Shown: positions 25,035-37,230, numbered from the whole stretch's first letter. The stretch: DNA of 57,362 nt, filler included, from Sphacelaria rigidula (GCA_964200075.2; 8 parts of 8 records of this genome joined end to end with filler, not necessarily neighbours in it), one strand, 5' to 3'. The notes: generated by a model not told the origin, from the sequence alone. Made by a program: numbers and translations.

Positions 25035-25250
25035 CTAAGATGAGCACATGATGTCTCCGCCGTCACGGCCAAGCCTGATAACCTCGAACGTGTCGGTCGT
25101 CGGGCGATCTTCTGCAGGCACGACAAAGTTACCGTTGACCACGAACAGGCTGCTGGCCTTGAAAGCTATCCCAGCGGGACTCACGAAGCGGTCGCTCGTG
25201 AGCACCCGAGGCGACACGTAGCCGCAGCTGAAGTCTGACGATAGAGAAAC
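25035..25250 (-). CDS. Terminal exon of SMP-30/gluconolactonase-like beta-propeller protein
   Basis: cacgcAG acceptor, 72 codons, phase 0: VSLSSDFSCGYVSPRVLTSDRFVSPAGIAFKASSLFVVNGNFVVPAEDRPTTDTFEVIRLGRDGGDIMCSS*. Confidence 0.85.
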   Translation of the reverse strand, partial: VSLSSDFSCGYVSPRVLTSDRFVSPAGIAFKASSLFVVNGNFVVPAEDRPTTDTFEVIRLGRDGGDIMCSS

Positions 25251-26689
25251 CTGCGTGATTGTTCAGTTCAAGTATTTTTTTCCGTGGAGGGGGGGCAGGA
25301 GGTATTATTAAGTATTGATCGCTCGATGAATCAGAGCAACAAGGTGTTTTCAAGAAAAATCAGAGAGGGTTAAGGAGGAAATAAGATCGTTCATTTACGC
25401 CAGAACAGTTCGAATTAGTTGAAAATATACGCGGTTTCAAGGGGCCGGCAATCAAAGCTTCTTGGAACAACATCCATCCAGAATGGAGTGATGAAATCGC
25501 AATTATTCGTCGGTGAAAAGCGAAGAGGGCACGGCGATATATTGAGGTCGATAAAAGCGAACGGTAAAAATGTGCCCCTCAGGAAGCCATAGAAAAAACG
25601 TCCACGAATACAACATTCAGAGACAGGACGTGCTTTTAACACTGCAAAAATCGCCAAACCGCGCAGTCAACTTAGATACAAGGTGCACACACCGGCATGC
25701 CAACGAATCTCGTTGTTTCCTCAACGCACGAAGATCACACGACAATTACGAAAAAAACGTCAAATAAAAAAATACATCGATTGAGCAGCTTCACGGCTGT
25801 TCACATGGCCTCCTAAAATGAGACCTGAGGGATTGATTGTGCGGAAGCGGTGCATCTCCTAGTCCAGATATTTGTCATCTAGACGCTCCGACAGTGCAGA
25901 GCCTGAGAAAACACGTGTGCACCCCTACTGTAGAAACACTCCCCTGCCCCCCTCTTTCATTTTTCGTTTTGTCGTCCTTAGTGGCAGACTATGCCGTCGA
26001 TGCAACCAAACCGGGCAATGCTCATTTTTCGACGCGACAGTTTTGACGCCACTGAGTGGCGGACCCCTTGTGTCAGATGTCAACTCGCTTTGGTGGTGTG
26101 GGTGATTTTGGTGCTATTGGCTGGTGTTCCAACATTGTGTTGATTCGTGTATGGGTTGTTACCGAGCAAGGAAGTATCGAGGACGCATGAGAAAGCGACG
26201 AGAACGTATTTTACGCGAAAAAGGAACAACACCACCAGGGCTTCATATGCGGTCACTCATCCACAGCAGTAATGTTGACCCTGCCGGACGCTACTCGATT
26301 TCATACAGTGGAGAATTTTAATTTGGTACCATCAACAAAGGATGGCCATTCGTTGAGTGCTTGAGGAAAGGCGCGGGATGAAGAGAGGGTGTAACACAAA
26401 GAACCAAACAAATCGCAAGCAACAGCTCGTAAACGCAAACTACCTCATACATAACAGCATATCTATGTTGCCTACTCGAGGGGACGTCCGGGGTTTCGGT
26501 GTAAGACCCGGGATGAAGTCGCAATGTAGGGCTGACGATACAAGAATCCACACGGATACTGGCTACAGATACAGACACTGGCTGCGTATAGATTCGTTTC
26601 GTCGGCAAACGTTTTTTCAGTAGTAGTCTTGTACGGTGTAAGTGAACGATGAACGAACGGTGTTTTTCTTCTCCGCATTCTCGGCCCAC

Positions 26690-26758
26690 CTCTGAGACTT
26701 GAAGATCGCCGCCGAAAAAGCCGTTTTGCACCACCCACAGAGTGTTACCTCGCAGGAC
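26690..26758 (-). CDS. Internal exon of the same beta-propeller gene
   Basis: Branch-like TGCTGAC, CAG acceptor, 23 codons VLRGNTLWVVQNGFFGGDLQVSE, GTGGGC donor, phase 0/0. Confidence 0.85.
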
Positions 26759-27159
26759 CTGCCCACAGTCAGCAATGAAGAGGGAAAAAACGGAAGATGA
26801 CGAACCGATGAGACATTGGAATACTGTGTACAATCGACAAGCAGAAAATGGACCAAGACTGGAGGGATATGACTTAAGAATGCGCAAACTAGGGTGGTAA
26901 AACAAGAACAGAAACATGGGAAGGTGTACACTACACAAATCGACATGAAATGTGTATTAGTGTACAAAAACACGTGAACTCCGACTCAGACGAGGACGGT
27001 GGTTGGATTGGCAAGGTTGTGGCGTTCTCGTTAGTCCAAGTCAATCCCGAGAGGCAGAGGTTCGTGTTAGCTAGATCAGCTTCCGGAATGATTCCGACGG
27101 CCAGGTTACAACACTGGTAGCGTCAATGCTGTTAACGTTGCTGCTGCTGATGATGATGG

Positions 27160-27187
27160 TGACGATGGTGACGATGATGATGATGAC
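27160..27187. repeat. Intronic (GAT/GAC)n microsatellite
   Basis: gatggtgacgatgatgatgatgac run, part of a longer GCT/GAT tract starting near 27140. Confidence 0.7.
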
Positions 27188-27309
27188 GTCTCCAAGCGCA
27201 CTCGGCAGCCACAACGATAGTGAGCCATGAAACTCGTTTTCGTGAACGCGGCAAGCCCCAACTGATCAAAGGGAGTCAGACAGTCCGGTAACTTACTAAC
27301 CAATCTCAC

Positions 27310-27441
27310 CAAACCGTCACCGCTCTGCAACGTCCCGCCTCCAAGATCAACGGTGGCAGCAATTCCGGTACCGGCATCGACCTTGGACAGCACCCCCGTG
27401 GAAACGTTGATCACCAACAATGCCTTACCATCTTTGGAGGC
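27310..27441 (-). CDS. Internal exon of the same beta-propeller gene
   Basis: cccccgcAG acceptor, 44 codons ASKDGKALLVINVSTGVLSKVDAGTGIAATVDLGGGTLQSGDGL, GTGAGA donor, phase 0/0. Confidence 0.9.
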
Positions 27442-27811
27442 CTGCGGGGGTGTACGAATAGCGGGGAAATAGCTCTTTCCAGAGATGATACTTCAATCAA
27501 AGCAGTGAGTCTCACCTATGAAGGCAGTTTTTCAGCTGTACTTCAACAAATCTCCGGGCAGAGACGTTGATCTCTCCACAGCGGGGGGACTGACAATGAG
27601 CTCTCTCATCGCTAATGAATCTAACAGAATGAGTGAAGAATATGATTTTCCGACAGCATAATTCCCAACAAGATTATTCCCCAGTAGACGCAAAAGTCAG
27701 CGCAGTGAGGTAGAGGGTAGCGAGCTCGTTGCGAGCAGACACACACCCTCTGGGTGCCGATACTTCACTGCCCCTCTTCTACTAGGGTATCGAGGATCAC
27801 TGTGTTGTCAC

Positions 27812-27922
27812 CTCTACGCCGTTGATGTTGAAGGTGCCCGGTGTGAATTCGATGTCGCCGCTGATAGGAATCGTCTCCACCTCGCTAGACTTCAATCTAC
27901 CGCTCTCTCTGTCGAGCGACAC
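27812..27922 (-). CDS. Internal exon of the same beta-propeller gene (5' exons not found on this contig)
   Basis: acgcAG acceptor, 37 codons VSLDRESGRLKSSEVETIPISGDIEFTPGTFNINGVE, GTGACA donor, phase 0/0. Confidence 0.85.
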
Positions 27923-28547
27923 CTGCGTTGCGTGCGACCCGCCATGGATGACGACAGAAGCAGCAGTACGAGTATTACGCCGTTTGTTCGGCTCATGTCT
28001 GACAATTGCCGTGAGGTAATAGCACCGTATATCACCGACGATGGCAAAGATAACAACGGCAACAACGTGCAGCAGTAGCAGCAGCAGCAGCAGCAGTAGC
28101 CATGACGACCATGATAACAAGAACTATCCTAGCTGATAGAATGTCACACTCTTCGGTCCAGTGCGACCGAAGTCGGTCTGTCCAAGAAGACACCTTCATG
28201 CAAGACGAGCCTTTCCGACAGTGGTGGGGGTAGGAGGGAGGGTATGCAATATACCCGGTGTAGCACGGCGGGCACCAGCGTGGTGTCCAAGTCGAGCAAA
28301 GATGCTCATGATGGATGGAGTTCGACACTCCAGGTACTCAGTATTTCCACATGGTTCTCAGTACCCAGTTCTACCCAGTACCTGCAATATTGCCCTGCCG
28401 ACAATTTCGAGTATTCGAAAGTACCTCGACTAAGGACCGTCCATCGGAAAAACTGAGTACGCTCAAGTACCCCGAGCATCGACAATCGGAACCTCTGATT
28501 ATTGCAGGGTACCTGTAGTATCGACAATTCATCTTACTCGTACTCAT

Positions 28548-28573
28548 GAGTCATCCTACGATAGGGGGGGGGT
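28548..28573 (+). mobile_element. Isolated TIR of the Sola2-like MITE
   Basis: GAGTCATCCTACGATAGGGGGGGGG, identical to the TIR at 18722. Confidence 0.75.
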
Positions 28574-28819
28574 GTACTCATGATCATGCATGCCATAGTC
28601 ATCAGACCATTGACCTCGCACCCCTACAAAGCNNNNNNNNNNNNNNNNNNNNNNNNNNNNNNNNNNNNNNNNNNNNTTAATTAATTAANNNNNNNNNNNN
28701 NNNNNNNNNNNNNNNNNNNNNNNNNNNNNNNNAGGCTGACAACTGAGACCTTGAGGCCAGAAGAGCTGTCCCTCAACAGCATTTAGACGCTGCAGTACTA
28801 GCAGACCTGCTAGCGTCAC

Positions 28820-29041
28820 AGTACGTGCCTTGCATTCTGGCCTCGCGGATTGGGTCAGCACTCCCGCACCGCGTCAACTTACGTCACACAAACCCAGTCG
28901 ACTATTTTGTTTACTCACGTTCTCACGCTTTCCACGGCGAAAATTTTACAAAACGAAGAAAAATCTCAACTCAACGGGAATCGAACCCAGTTCTCTCCAC
29001 TCTGATAATGGCGAATTTCGGACCACTACACCACCGGGGCG
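28820..29041 (-). mobile_element. tRNA-derived SINE (family 1), 3' truncated
   Basis: The minus strand begins GCCCCGGTGGTGTAGTGGT (A box) ... GGGTTCGATTCCC (B box). The body matches 48622-48922 and 56745-57030. Confidence 0.85.
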
Positions 29042-29576
29042 TTTCTTTGTTATAAACTCCTCATAATGAAATGTATATAGAACACTCATCAACGACAACT
29101 GACACAACACCTCTAGATGAACTGGACAACTGGCGCTCTCTTAGCCATTTCCAGTTTAACTCCAGTAACGATGAAGATACACAGTAGTATCAATTGGTCC
29201 ATTCCCAGCCCAATTGATTCATGTGTTCGGTGTACTTTCCCATAGAAGTTGACATCACCCATTCTCAGCCCACGATTCAACACACGTGGGGAGCAGGTCG
29301 CTATAATAGAAGGGGACCTCCCACCTTTTATGTGTGAAGGCAATACAACACACTCCCACATGCTTTACTTCCTTGTATAGAATGCCACAGTTACTTACAG
29401 GCCAGTGGTTTTCCAACCGTAAGTTCATCAAGGAGTATCCATCAAATTTCAGCTGCCGACTCTTAGACGGGACGGGCAGAGGTGGTCAACCGTCTGAACA
29501 TGCGTCAGACTGGCTCAGCTCGTAACCTGGTTACCGAAAGCAACCTATCATCCAACTTTCATATTTTACCGCCCAT

Positions 29577-30293
29577 TTGACATCGTTGCTTTTAATACCC
29601 GCTCGTCACGCATTCGTTCACAGTACAACTATGTTTCCTCCCGTACTTTCTTCGCTAGACTTTCCGCAACTGTCCTTTCGTCCTCGTCCCGATTCGTTCG
29701 ACATCGACAGGTGCTCCGTCTGCATCACCCACGTGTCTGTATCCTCGGGAACAAAGCCAGTCCCGAAGGGCGCCAGGAAACAGGTCGCCTTCCTCTGCCT
29801 TTCGTGTGGCGTGGACATCGGGGTCAGCACTCCATACCACCGCATGGCCGACCACAACGGCGGTAATGACAGGGTATACGCTCACGCCGACGGCCGCACC
29901 TGCGTAAAGACTCTCGTCGAAGCGGACAAGCACAATACGTACGTCTATTACGGGTGCACAGCCAACCCTGCCAAAAGATCCCCGTTCGACCTGTCAGCGG
30001 GGGATAATGACCCAGATTTTATAACGTGTTGTGACTGCTCCTACGACACCCGTGCCGAGCTCCTGTCGGATCTTCAACGGCACTTGTTGCAGGAGAAAGA
30101 GGCATTTTCCTCGAGAAACGACAACTCCACACCCCGAAAAGTACCGCGGGTCAATACTTATTCCCCCTCCCCTCCCGGAGGCGACCCCGTGACACCACCA
30201 AGCAAAACCGATCCTCCACCCGAACAGAAGACACTTAATCCCACCCGACAGGGTACCCGACCGACGGCCACCAGGAGCGGAGCCGGAAACTGA
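29577..30293 (+). CDS. Intronless Cys/His-rich hypothetical ORF (first ATG at 29631)
   Basis: 238-codon uninterrupted ORF with CSVC, CLSC, YAH...C and CCDC motifs and a Pro/Thr-rich tail. No family recognised. Confidence 0.45.
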   Translation: MTSLLLIPARHAFVHSTTMFPPVLSSLDFPQLSFRPRPDSFDIDRCSVCITHVSVSSGTKPVPKGARKQVAFLCLSCGVDIGVSTPYHRMADHNGGNDRVYAHADGRTCVKTLVEADKHNTYVYYGCTANPAKRSPFDLSAGDNDPDFITCCDCSYDTRAELLSDLQRHLLQEKEAFSSRNDNSTPRKVPRVNTYSPSPPGGDPVTPPSKTDPPPEQKTLNPTRQGTRPTATRSGAGN

Positions 30294-33200
30294 ACCATCG
30301 TTTACGGTAAGTACCCTAACTACACATTCCCTTCCCCCGTTCAACCCCTCTCCACCACGTATAGTCCCATTTTCACCCTGCCCTCTCCCACCTTCAATGC
30401 TTGCTTTTATCGTTGGCAGCCTTTTTTATAGCTTTCAACATGCCTCAGTGCAATCTCCAGCCTGCACGCTTGTTCACGTCTCTTCGTTCCTTTACTCTGC
30501 CCCTTGCCTACCTTTTTTCTACCGCGATGCGTTCGTTCCAAAACCAGATGCCTACACTCGGAACGTGACGGACTTCGTCACATCCACGACATCATCCACG
30601 TCAGCTTCCGGCAGCATCTGCGACTTTTTAGCGGCTTCGTTTCTTCTCATTTTGAGCTCCGGTTCTTTCGGCGTTGTGGCGTATTCTGTACAGAAATGTG
30701 GTCAAATCAACTTTTTCTTCTCGGCGCTTTTTGGGGGCCAAGATTGGGGGGGGGGGGGGGGGGTGGGAGGGGCCTCACTTCAATTTGGCCTTGGTTTAAA
30801 ATTATTTTTTATAAATGACTAATNNNNNNNNNNTGGCGTGTTGTGTTTCTGTTGTTGTGTGGGGGGGTGGGGGTGGGGGGGGGGGGGGGTTAGGAGTGTC
30901 CTAACTTCTATATGGCCTTAGTTTAAAACTATTTCCTATACATGACTAATTATCTGCTTCTAGGGCGGAAATACTGGAAATTCTCGAACTTGGATTAGCT
31001 CCGGGTAGTTACACCGAACTAATAATAGGGTGATCAACCCACTTGATGGTGATGTTGTGCCAAGTCAATTGATGCTTAGGTGATGAAGCCATTTTCCCAT
31101 TTCCTTGAACCTGGGGTCACTTCCAACATTACTAGGTCTATTACGGGGTGGTTCTCACTGCCTGCGGCATGTCGATTCCTGCGTTTGCTGTTTCTACACA
31201 AATATTCAGCAGTAGGTGATAATTTGGTCGTCTAGATCGCACGTCGGTAATTTTTCAGCTTGCAGTGTGTTCCTTGTGGTTCGATCGGTTTTTGCAGGCT
31301 CGTTCTTTTCGTGTACCGTTTTCGTGTAAAGGCATCCTCTGTCAACTCTTGGTTTTATGGTCATGGGCGGTAAGCTCCTTGCACTCCGTGACCACGAGTC
31401 AGAGAAAAATAATTGATGTTTTCAAGGAATTGAGCTAATATGACGTGAGCTCTAAAAATAGAAGATGACGGTACCCCGCTAGTGGGAGTTGAGATGCAAT
31501 GTGCCCGTGCCACATCTTTTGCGCACGAATTACACACTCGTGCCGTGCCTTTCCCGATTTCCCATGAAAAAAAAGAATCCTCAAAGGACGAGCACGGCGC
31601 CTAAACTAGTCGCGGTGCTATCAACAATGTACTGAAAAACGCGTTTCCTCCAACGTTCTGAGGCTTTTCGGTTCCGCTCTGGCGAATTAAGTAACTCCGT
31701 CGACACACTGAGTAGGTGTAGAGTGTGGGGGAGGGGCTGTGGAGTGCCACAGGCCAGTTTGCTTCCTGTCTCGAGAAATATGCAATAAAACAATTGCAGG
31801 TGTCGCAGACTAAACCTAGAACAACTCAGGATGGAGCATGTGTTGTCTTTGGCAGAGGTTCGGCACAGGTCCGACTAGTCTACAGCGTCTTTAACACGTC
31901 TTCAATATCCTCCGCATTCATTTTTTCTGTGTTACCCACGAGGCATCGTAAACAAGCCTCGCAAAGCCCACCAATTGTTCTGGTTTTTGTCAGTGTTTAC
32001 TGATCGACGTCTTGCAACAGAATTGACGGAGAGAACAAATATCAGGACACTTTTCGAAAAAATGTCATAAGGCCTTTGAGGTCATCGGGACAGAGCGGGC
32101 AAGGAGTAAAATCAGATATACGAACCCCGCAAAGCCCATCAGACTCTCCGGTTTTTGTCAATGTTTATTGATCGATTTCTTGTAACAAATTAACAGAAAG
32201 TACTCAAAACACTCTTTATTGATGACTTTATTGCAACAAAGTTGACAAGAAAAAAATCAGAAAAATTATGATAATAAAAAAAAAATACCCTCCTTGGAGG
32301 GAGGGGGGGGGGGCTACATGTACGAAAAATTATCCGCGCTGCCCCCTGTGTTGCCCATGGAATTTTGGTCACTAAGGCCCCCATTAACGGGCATATCTGT
32401 GGCCAAGCGGAGACGGTTCGTTGTGGGGTTTGGGAGTCTACGGAAGGAGGTGGGAAGAGGATGGGGGGTGATTCCTTTTCCTCCGTTGTTTCCAGTCAAA
32501 CTCTTGCTTTGATTTTCGTCACGAACTTTTTAGCGTGACATGGCCCACTTCGAAATCGTGATTGCTCTGATCCTTGTTCATGGCACAGTATCCGATGGCC
32601 TAATCGATCAATCTCAATGCAAGAACTCAAGAACGCAATGCAGCAGACTGGGGACCGCCGTCCCCCCCCCGGAGACGCGCCACGAAGCAACCCCACCCCC
32701 CCAACCCCGAAGTTGAACTAGTCCTGTTCTCCGTCCAAATGCGGAATTGAAGAGCAACTTCACAAATGGATACTGGATTCCGGGGTGCTCTTGAGCCTGT
32801 CCCACGCTGGGGTGGGTGCGTACTGGGTTCACTAGATTTGGCATCGGTGGGGTAGCTGCAATGGTTTTACCTTGCGCGAGCATGATGTATGCCATGGTTC
32901 ATGAGACCACCGCTGGACCCCTGGGGGGTCAGTTAAAGTGCGACAATCAATCAATCGATCGATCAATCAATCAATCATGGAAGCTCTCCGCCTGCGCTGT
33001 GCAATGGGGGAATAAAGAAGAGTACTTCACGTTACGCGGGGCATTCCTTCGCGGCGTACGCAATTTTGCCGTTGGGGGTCTCTGCGACTATATGTTTTGG
33101 CAACGAATCCCGATTTGTACAATTATGAGGATTTCAGTTCGACTTCAGGCGAGTTTGTCCCGTGGATTGATTTTTCGGACCTCATTCCGTTGGGCAATAT

Positions 33201-34385
33201 TTTTTGGTGAGCTGTGAGAAAACCCAATCAATTCTCCGATGATCTAGACGTTCACTTTCGGTTTATCACCTTCCTGCGCAAATCGGGACATGCTACAGTA
33301 TTAGCCGTAGCAAGGGCAAACCGCTCCGCCAGTGCAGGGAGATTAGTAAGCTGATCCTGTGTTCAGCTCCTTAAACAAGGCTGGAGGTTCTCAGTTCTCA
33401 CAACGCAAATAGCTGCTGTTTGGGGAATCACACCAGATGCCACTCTTGTGCGTACAACTGATAGACAAAATACTAGCGAGGGACTATGGTACACGTGACT
33501 CACGCTAGTCAAGCCACGGACTTGTAGACCAGGTAGAGGCGATATTTGAAGGCTCTCTCTATATATCCAATATATGTTGGTTGTTGGGCCCATGAACACA
33601 AGGAAGCAGCTGGGGGGGGGGGCGACGACCACGACAACAAGAACCTTTTTTGTAGCCACGCGTAGAGCGGCCATATTACAGAACCGGCCTGGCGCGTGCC
33701 TGTGGCCAATCAAGCGTGAGCAGCAACGTACGCATGCCGCTAATCAAGTATATTCCGTATCCAACTCCAAGCTGGTAGATCAACATACAGCGAATCCAAT
33801 ATTTACCTTACACAAGCACACATTCGACTAGGATCCTCTTCTCTTACTCGCCGGTCGTTTGTGAAAACGATCGTTATACCTCAAGGAGCTCGTTTAATCT
33901 CACACGCGGTAATATACTATCACAATAGCCCAGCCTGGGTCGTGACAAGTGCAGTTACTTTTCAGAAGGAACGATCTTGCATCAAGACACCACTCCCACA
34001 CCACAGAAAACTGAGACTCATTTCAAAGTTCAAGTATTCTTCGGTACGGGGAACGATAAGGTACGACGAACACAAAAAACACAAAAAACTGTCACGTCGT
34101 ATCGTCACTCAACAACCTCTCATAAAAACAAAAACACCACCACATCGATTTCAGAGGCAGGTAACCGTACGCAATAACTGATGTAGGCAGTGATAAGGCA
34201 ATAGCGAGTGGCGGACTCTGAGCCTGTAGGCTGTACCAATGGTCGAAACATCGACATGGCAGAACGGTCGGTTCCGGAAGAGCAATCTATCCTAAAATGA
34301 TACGTAATTGTCCTGTATGACGAGACGTTTGCAACGAATTATACCACGACTTCAATGACAATTCCTTGACAGAGTGATGCTACGG

Positions 34386-34932
34386 TACGGTTGCACTTTT
34401 CAAGCGAAAATGTTTTCTCGGGGTGTTGCATGCATCATTTTGAGAATCGGCATCATTTTCACTTGAAAAAGACTGAAAATGATGCCGATTGTGACGGTTT
34501 GAGAGACTGCCAACTAGACTACTGACAAGTCAGCGCTGACTGCTCAGTAGTGTAGTTGGTTGTCTCTTGAACCGCCACAAAAAGTTAGTCATTGGTTCGA
34601 TTCCCGTCGAACGCACTTTCGTTGAAGAAAAACGAGGAGAGAAAACCTCTGTAAAAAAATGGCCCCAAGGAGAGAAACTCTCAGGAAAGAATTGGCCCAA
34701 AGAGAAAAGGGTGGGGTATAGCCTGGTGCGCACAGCTGCTGCAGCACAGGAAATATGTTTGGAGCTGACTGCTACGGTCTAGTTGGTAATCTCTTAAACC
34801 GTCACACGATTCACGAAAAGGCCCCTGTGTGCATCGCCATGTCCTGTCCCCGGAGATTTGGGTCAGACAGTAAGCCCCATATATTTGGGCTCCTACAAAA
34901 ACGAGACCCAGGAACGAAAAGTGCAACCCCTA
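34386..34932. mobile_element. TIR element (hAT-like end) inserted in the long repeat and containing a SINE
   Basis: GGTTGCACTTTTC ... GAAAAGTGCAACCCCTA inverted ends. The segment is absent from the contig-3 copy and contains the AATCGGCATCATTTT hairpin. Confidence 0.5.
34542..34900 (+). mobile_element. tRNA-derived SINE (family 2)
   Basis: GCTCAGTAGTGTAGTTGG (A box) and GGTTCGATTCC at 34594-34604 (B box), an A-rich end CTCCTACAAAAA, and a body unlike family 1. Confidence 0.6.
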
Positions 34933-35750
34933 TCTTAGCATTGCTCGACATTGTTACGTACGACGCGGATAGTGGTGGCCACGCTGTATCTTACCAATCA
35001 CCAAAGTACAAATAATCCTTTGCGTCGCATTACACGTGAACCTTCCTATAAACGAGATCGGTCGCACGTGTGCAGGACTCGCAGATACGGTAGGCCAAGT
35101 GCTCTAGACTCGAGGGTCAGGAACGTTGGAACACTCAATGCGAAATTCCCAAAATATAGATGCAAATACCAAAACCTAAACAAATACAAAACCAGGAGTA
35201 CGCTTGGCAACAGCGAAGGCAAATTAATCGTAAAATGAAGCAGAAAAATAACACGTGGCGATCGTCCCTGTAAACGGAAGCGGTTGTCGCGTGTACGAAG
35301 CAAGTAGGGTCAAGTGTTTTAGCCAAGAAGGTCAAAACATTTCGGACTCTCGACTCCGGTTACTATCGACCATAGTAACATAAAACCCAACGAGGAATAC
35401 ACACAAAAGAAGACACGTTACGACCGATCCTGAAGACCGCGGTATTCGTGTACGGAGCGATTGGACAAGAGCGCAAATATTCCAGACGGGGGGGTCAGGT
35501 ATGTCTAGCGCTCGCTCCGGAAACTCTCGACCGAGAAGACAAAATGTGCGAACAACGAAGCAAGAGAAGAAAAGAACTCGTGGCAACTGTTCCAGTATAC
35601 GGAATGGTCGCGACTGTACGGCGCGGAGGGCGAAGGTTCGAGTGTTCCAGACTCGGGGTCAGGAATTTCTGTGGAACGGTCGTTACGAAAATACTCCGAC
35701 ATATGAACCCAGAAATACACAAGATATATATATATATATATAATATATAT

Positions 35751-35815
35751 GAGCCATCCTACGATAGGGGTGGGGGTATTTTGGGGCATTTGTTGCTCGA
35801 AATTTCGAGCCAGAT
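35751..35815 (+). mobile_element. Left end of Sola2-like MITE, truncated by the contig end
   Basis: GAGCCATCCTACGATAGGGGTGGGGGTATTTTGGGGCA matches 18722 onward. Confidence 0.8.
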
Positions 35816-36062
35816 NNNNNNNNNNNNNNNNNNNNNNNNNNNNNNNNNNNNNNNNNNNNTTAATTAATTAANNNNNNNNNNNNNNNNNNNNNNNNNNNNN
35901 NNNNNNNNNNNNNNNTGGTTCGCTTTGCTTTTGTGTGGTTGTCTTGGGTGTTGTGATTCGCCGGCCAGCAGGGTGCGGGGGGGGGGGTAGGGGGGGGGGG
36001 AGATTGCATGGTATTGAGAAGAATGGCTGAAAATAAATAAAGCGCGCACAAACTTTGCTCGC

Positions 36063-36176
36063 CTGTACGTGCAAGAGATACTCGATGGTGAGCTGCGATA
36101 TCCGGATGAGCTTGACGCAAAGGTCATCCACTCCGGTAGGGGGGATATCTTCAGCCGTGATTTCGGAGAAGGCTAC
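36063..36176 (-). CDS. DZIP1: Exon of DZIP1/Iguana-like ciliary protein (Dzip-like N-terminal domain)
   Basis: gcAG acceptor, 38 codons VAFSEITAEDIPPTGVDDLCVKLIRISQLTIEYLLHVQ, matching the family motif KLxRxxQLTIEYLLH.Q. Probable CAG|GCGAGC donor. Confidence 0.85.
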
Positions 36177-37189
36177 CTGCCGCGCACGTCCAACATTCAT
36201 CCGTAGCGGGGAAGAAGGGAAGGTGACCAGAGACGCAGAGAAAGAAGATAACCATAGCGCCATTTAGTGTTTGTGTGAGGTTGCAGATTCGTTTCGACGA
36301 AATGCGTATGGTGTATGAACAGTGGAGTTGGTCTCGTCACAGCCTTGAAGGCTGAGCAGCTATCTCACATATCACTTGGCGACCTGTGAGTACCAGGGGA
36401 TACTGATGCCCTAAAACGCACGTTCACGCACATGCAGCAGGACATCCTATTCTCCGAATATTTCGAGAATATTCTTTATGAATCAGACGTTTTCGTCGCA
36501 TCAGATCACTGTCCCTTCCTTCCATCACCGGAATGTTCTCTTCCCACACTCTGAGGATAGGTGCGGCTCACCACATTCCGCCACCTCGAGTCATTGTCCC
36601 TTCTTCCACGCGAATATTGCACTTTCGGATCGCGAGTAGAGAGGGAGCTCACCGTAACCGCAGGTCTAGTCGCTCTTACCCGTGTCCCCCGTGACCTCCA
36701 CGCACAGGAACGAGCGCACCATCAGTTTTGTCGATTTGATCTGATTACCTTTTATCGTCTATTCGACCGTGCACGCGTGCGCAGTATAGTAAAAAGGCGC
36801 GTGTGTCTACTTCGTCTGCAAGAATCTCACAAAGATCATGCGACTTGGTTTGTGTCCCGTCAGCCAAACAGCCACTTTGCTGCCATCAAGCTTATTGCCG
36901 TGGTCAATGATATACCGACCAAACCTAAGGGCGGGTACAGCGAGCTCGGTGGGAAAAAGAAAACAGCCTCTCTTGCGATCCAATCTTGCGATATTCCGAC
37001 TGAGTTCTTGTTGGAAAATAATGGTTACTGGTAATACAGTATATGTATATACTTCGCAAAGCACGGCACTGATCCGTGAAGAGCATTAATCGCGTTGGGT
37101 CAAGTTCAGATAGCGATAGAGATGGAGATACAGACAGAAACGGAAATAGAAAGGGACAGAGGTGACCATGGGAGAAGCAAGGGCCACAA

Positions 37190-37230
37190 ATAGGCTGACA
37201 GACATACAGACAGACATACAGACAGACAGG
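37190..37230. repeat. (CAGA/CATA)n microsatellite in the DZIP1-like intron
   Basis: gacagacatacagacagacatacagacagacag. Confidence 0.85.

Larger units (their letters stand above)
33340..35725 (-). mobile_element. Second copy of the long non-coding repeat at 16171-19300
   Basis: Reverse-complement block matches, e.g. CACACCACAGAAAACTGAGACTCATTT versus 18296-18322. It abuts a (TA)n run, as the other copy does. Confidence 0.8.

Noticed and set aside
26390..27110. Apparent LTR: purine tract, then TGTAAC...GTTACA, with TGG nearby
   Set aside because: It encloses the in-frame exon 26690-26758 of the beta-propeller gene and has no TSD or second copy, so it is most likely a chance match.
28960..29041. 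tRNA gene candidates here and at 34542, 48850 and 56400
   Set aside because: A and B boxes are present, but there is no convincing cloverleaf and each is fused to a SINE body.
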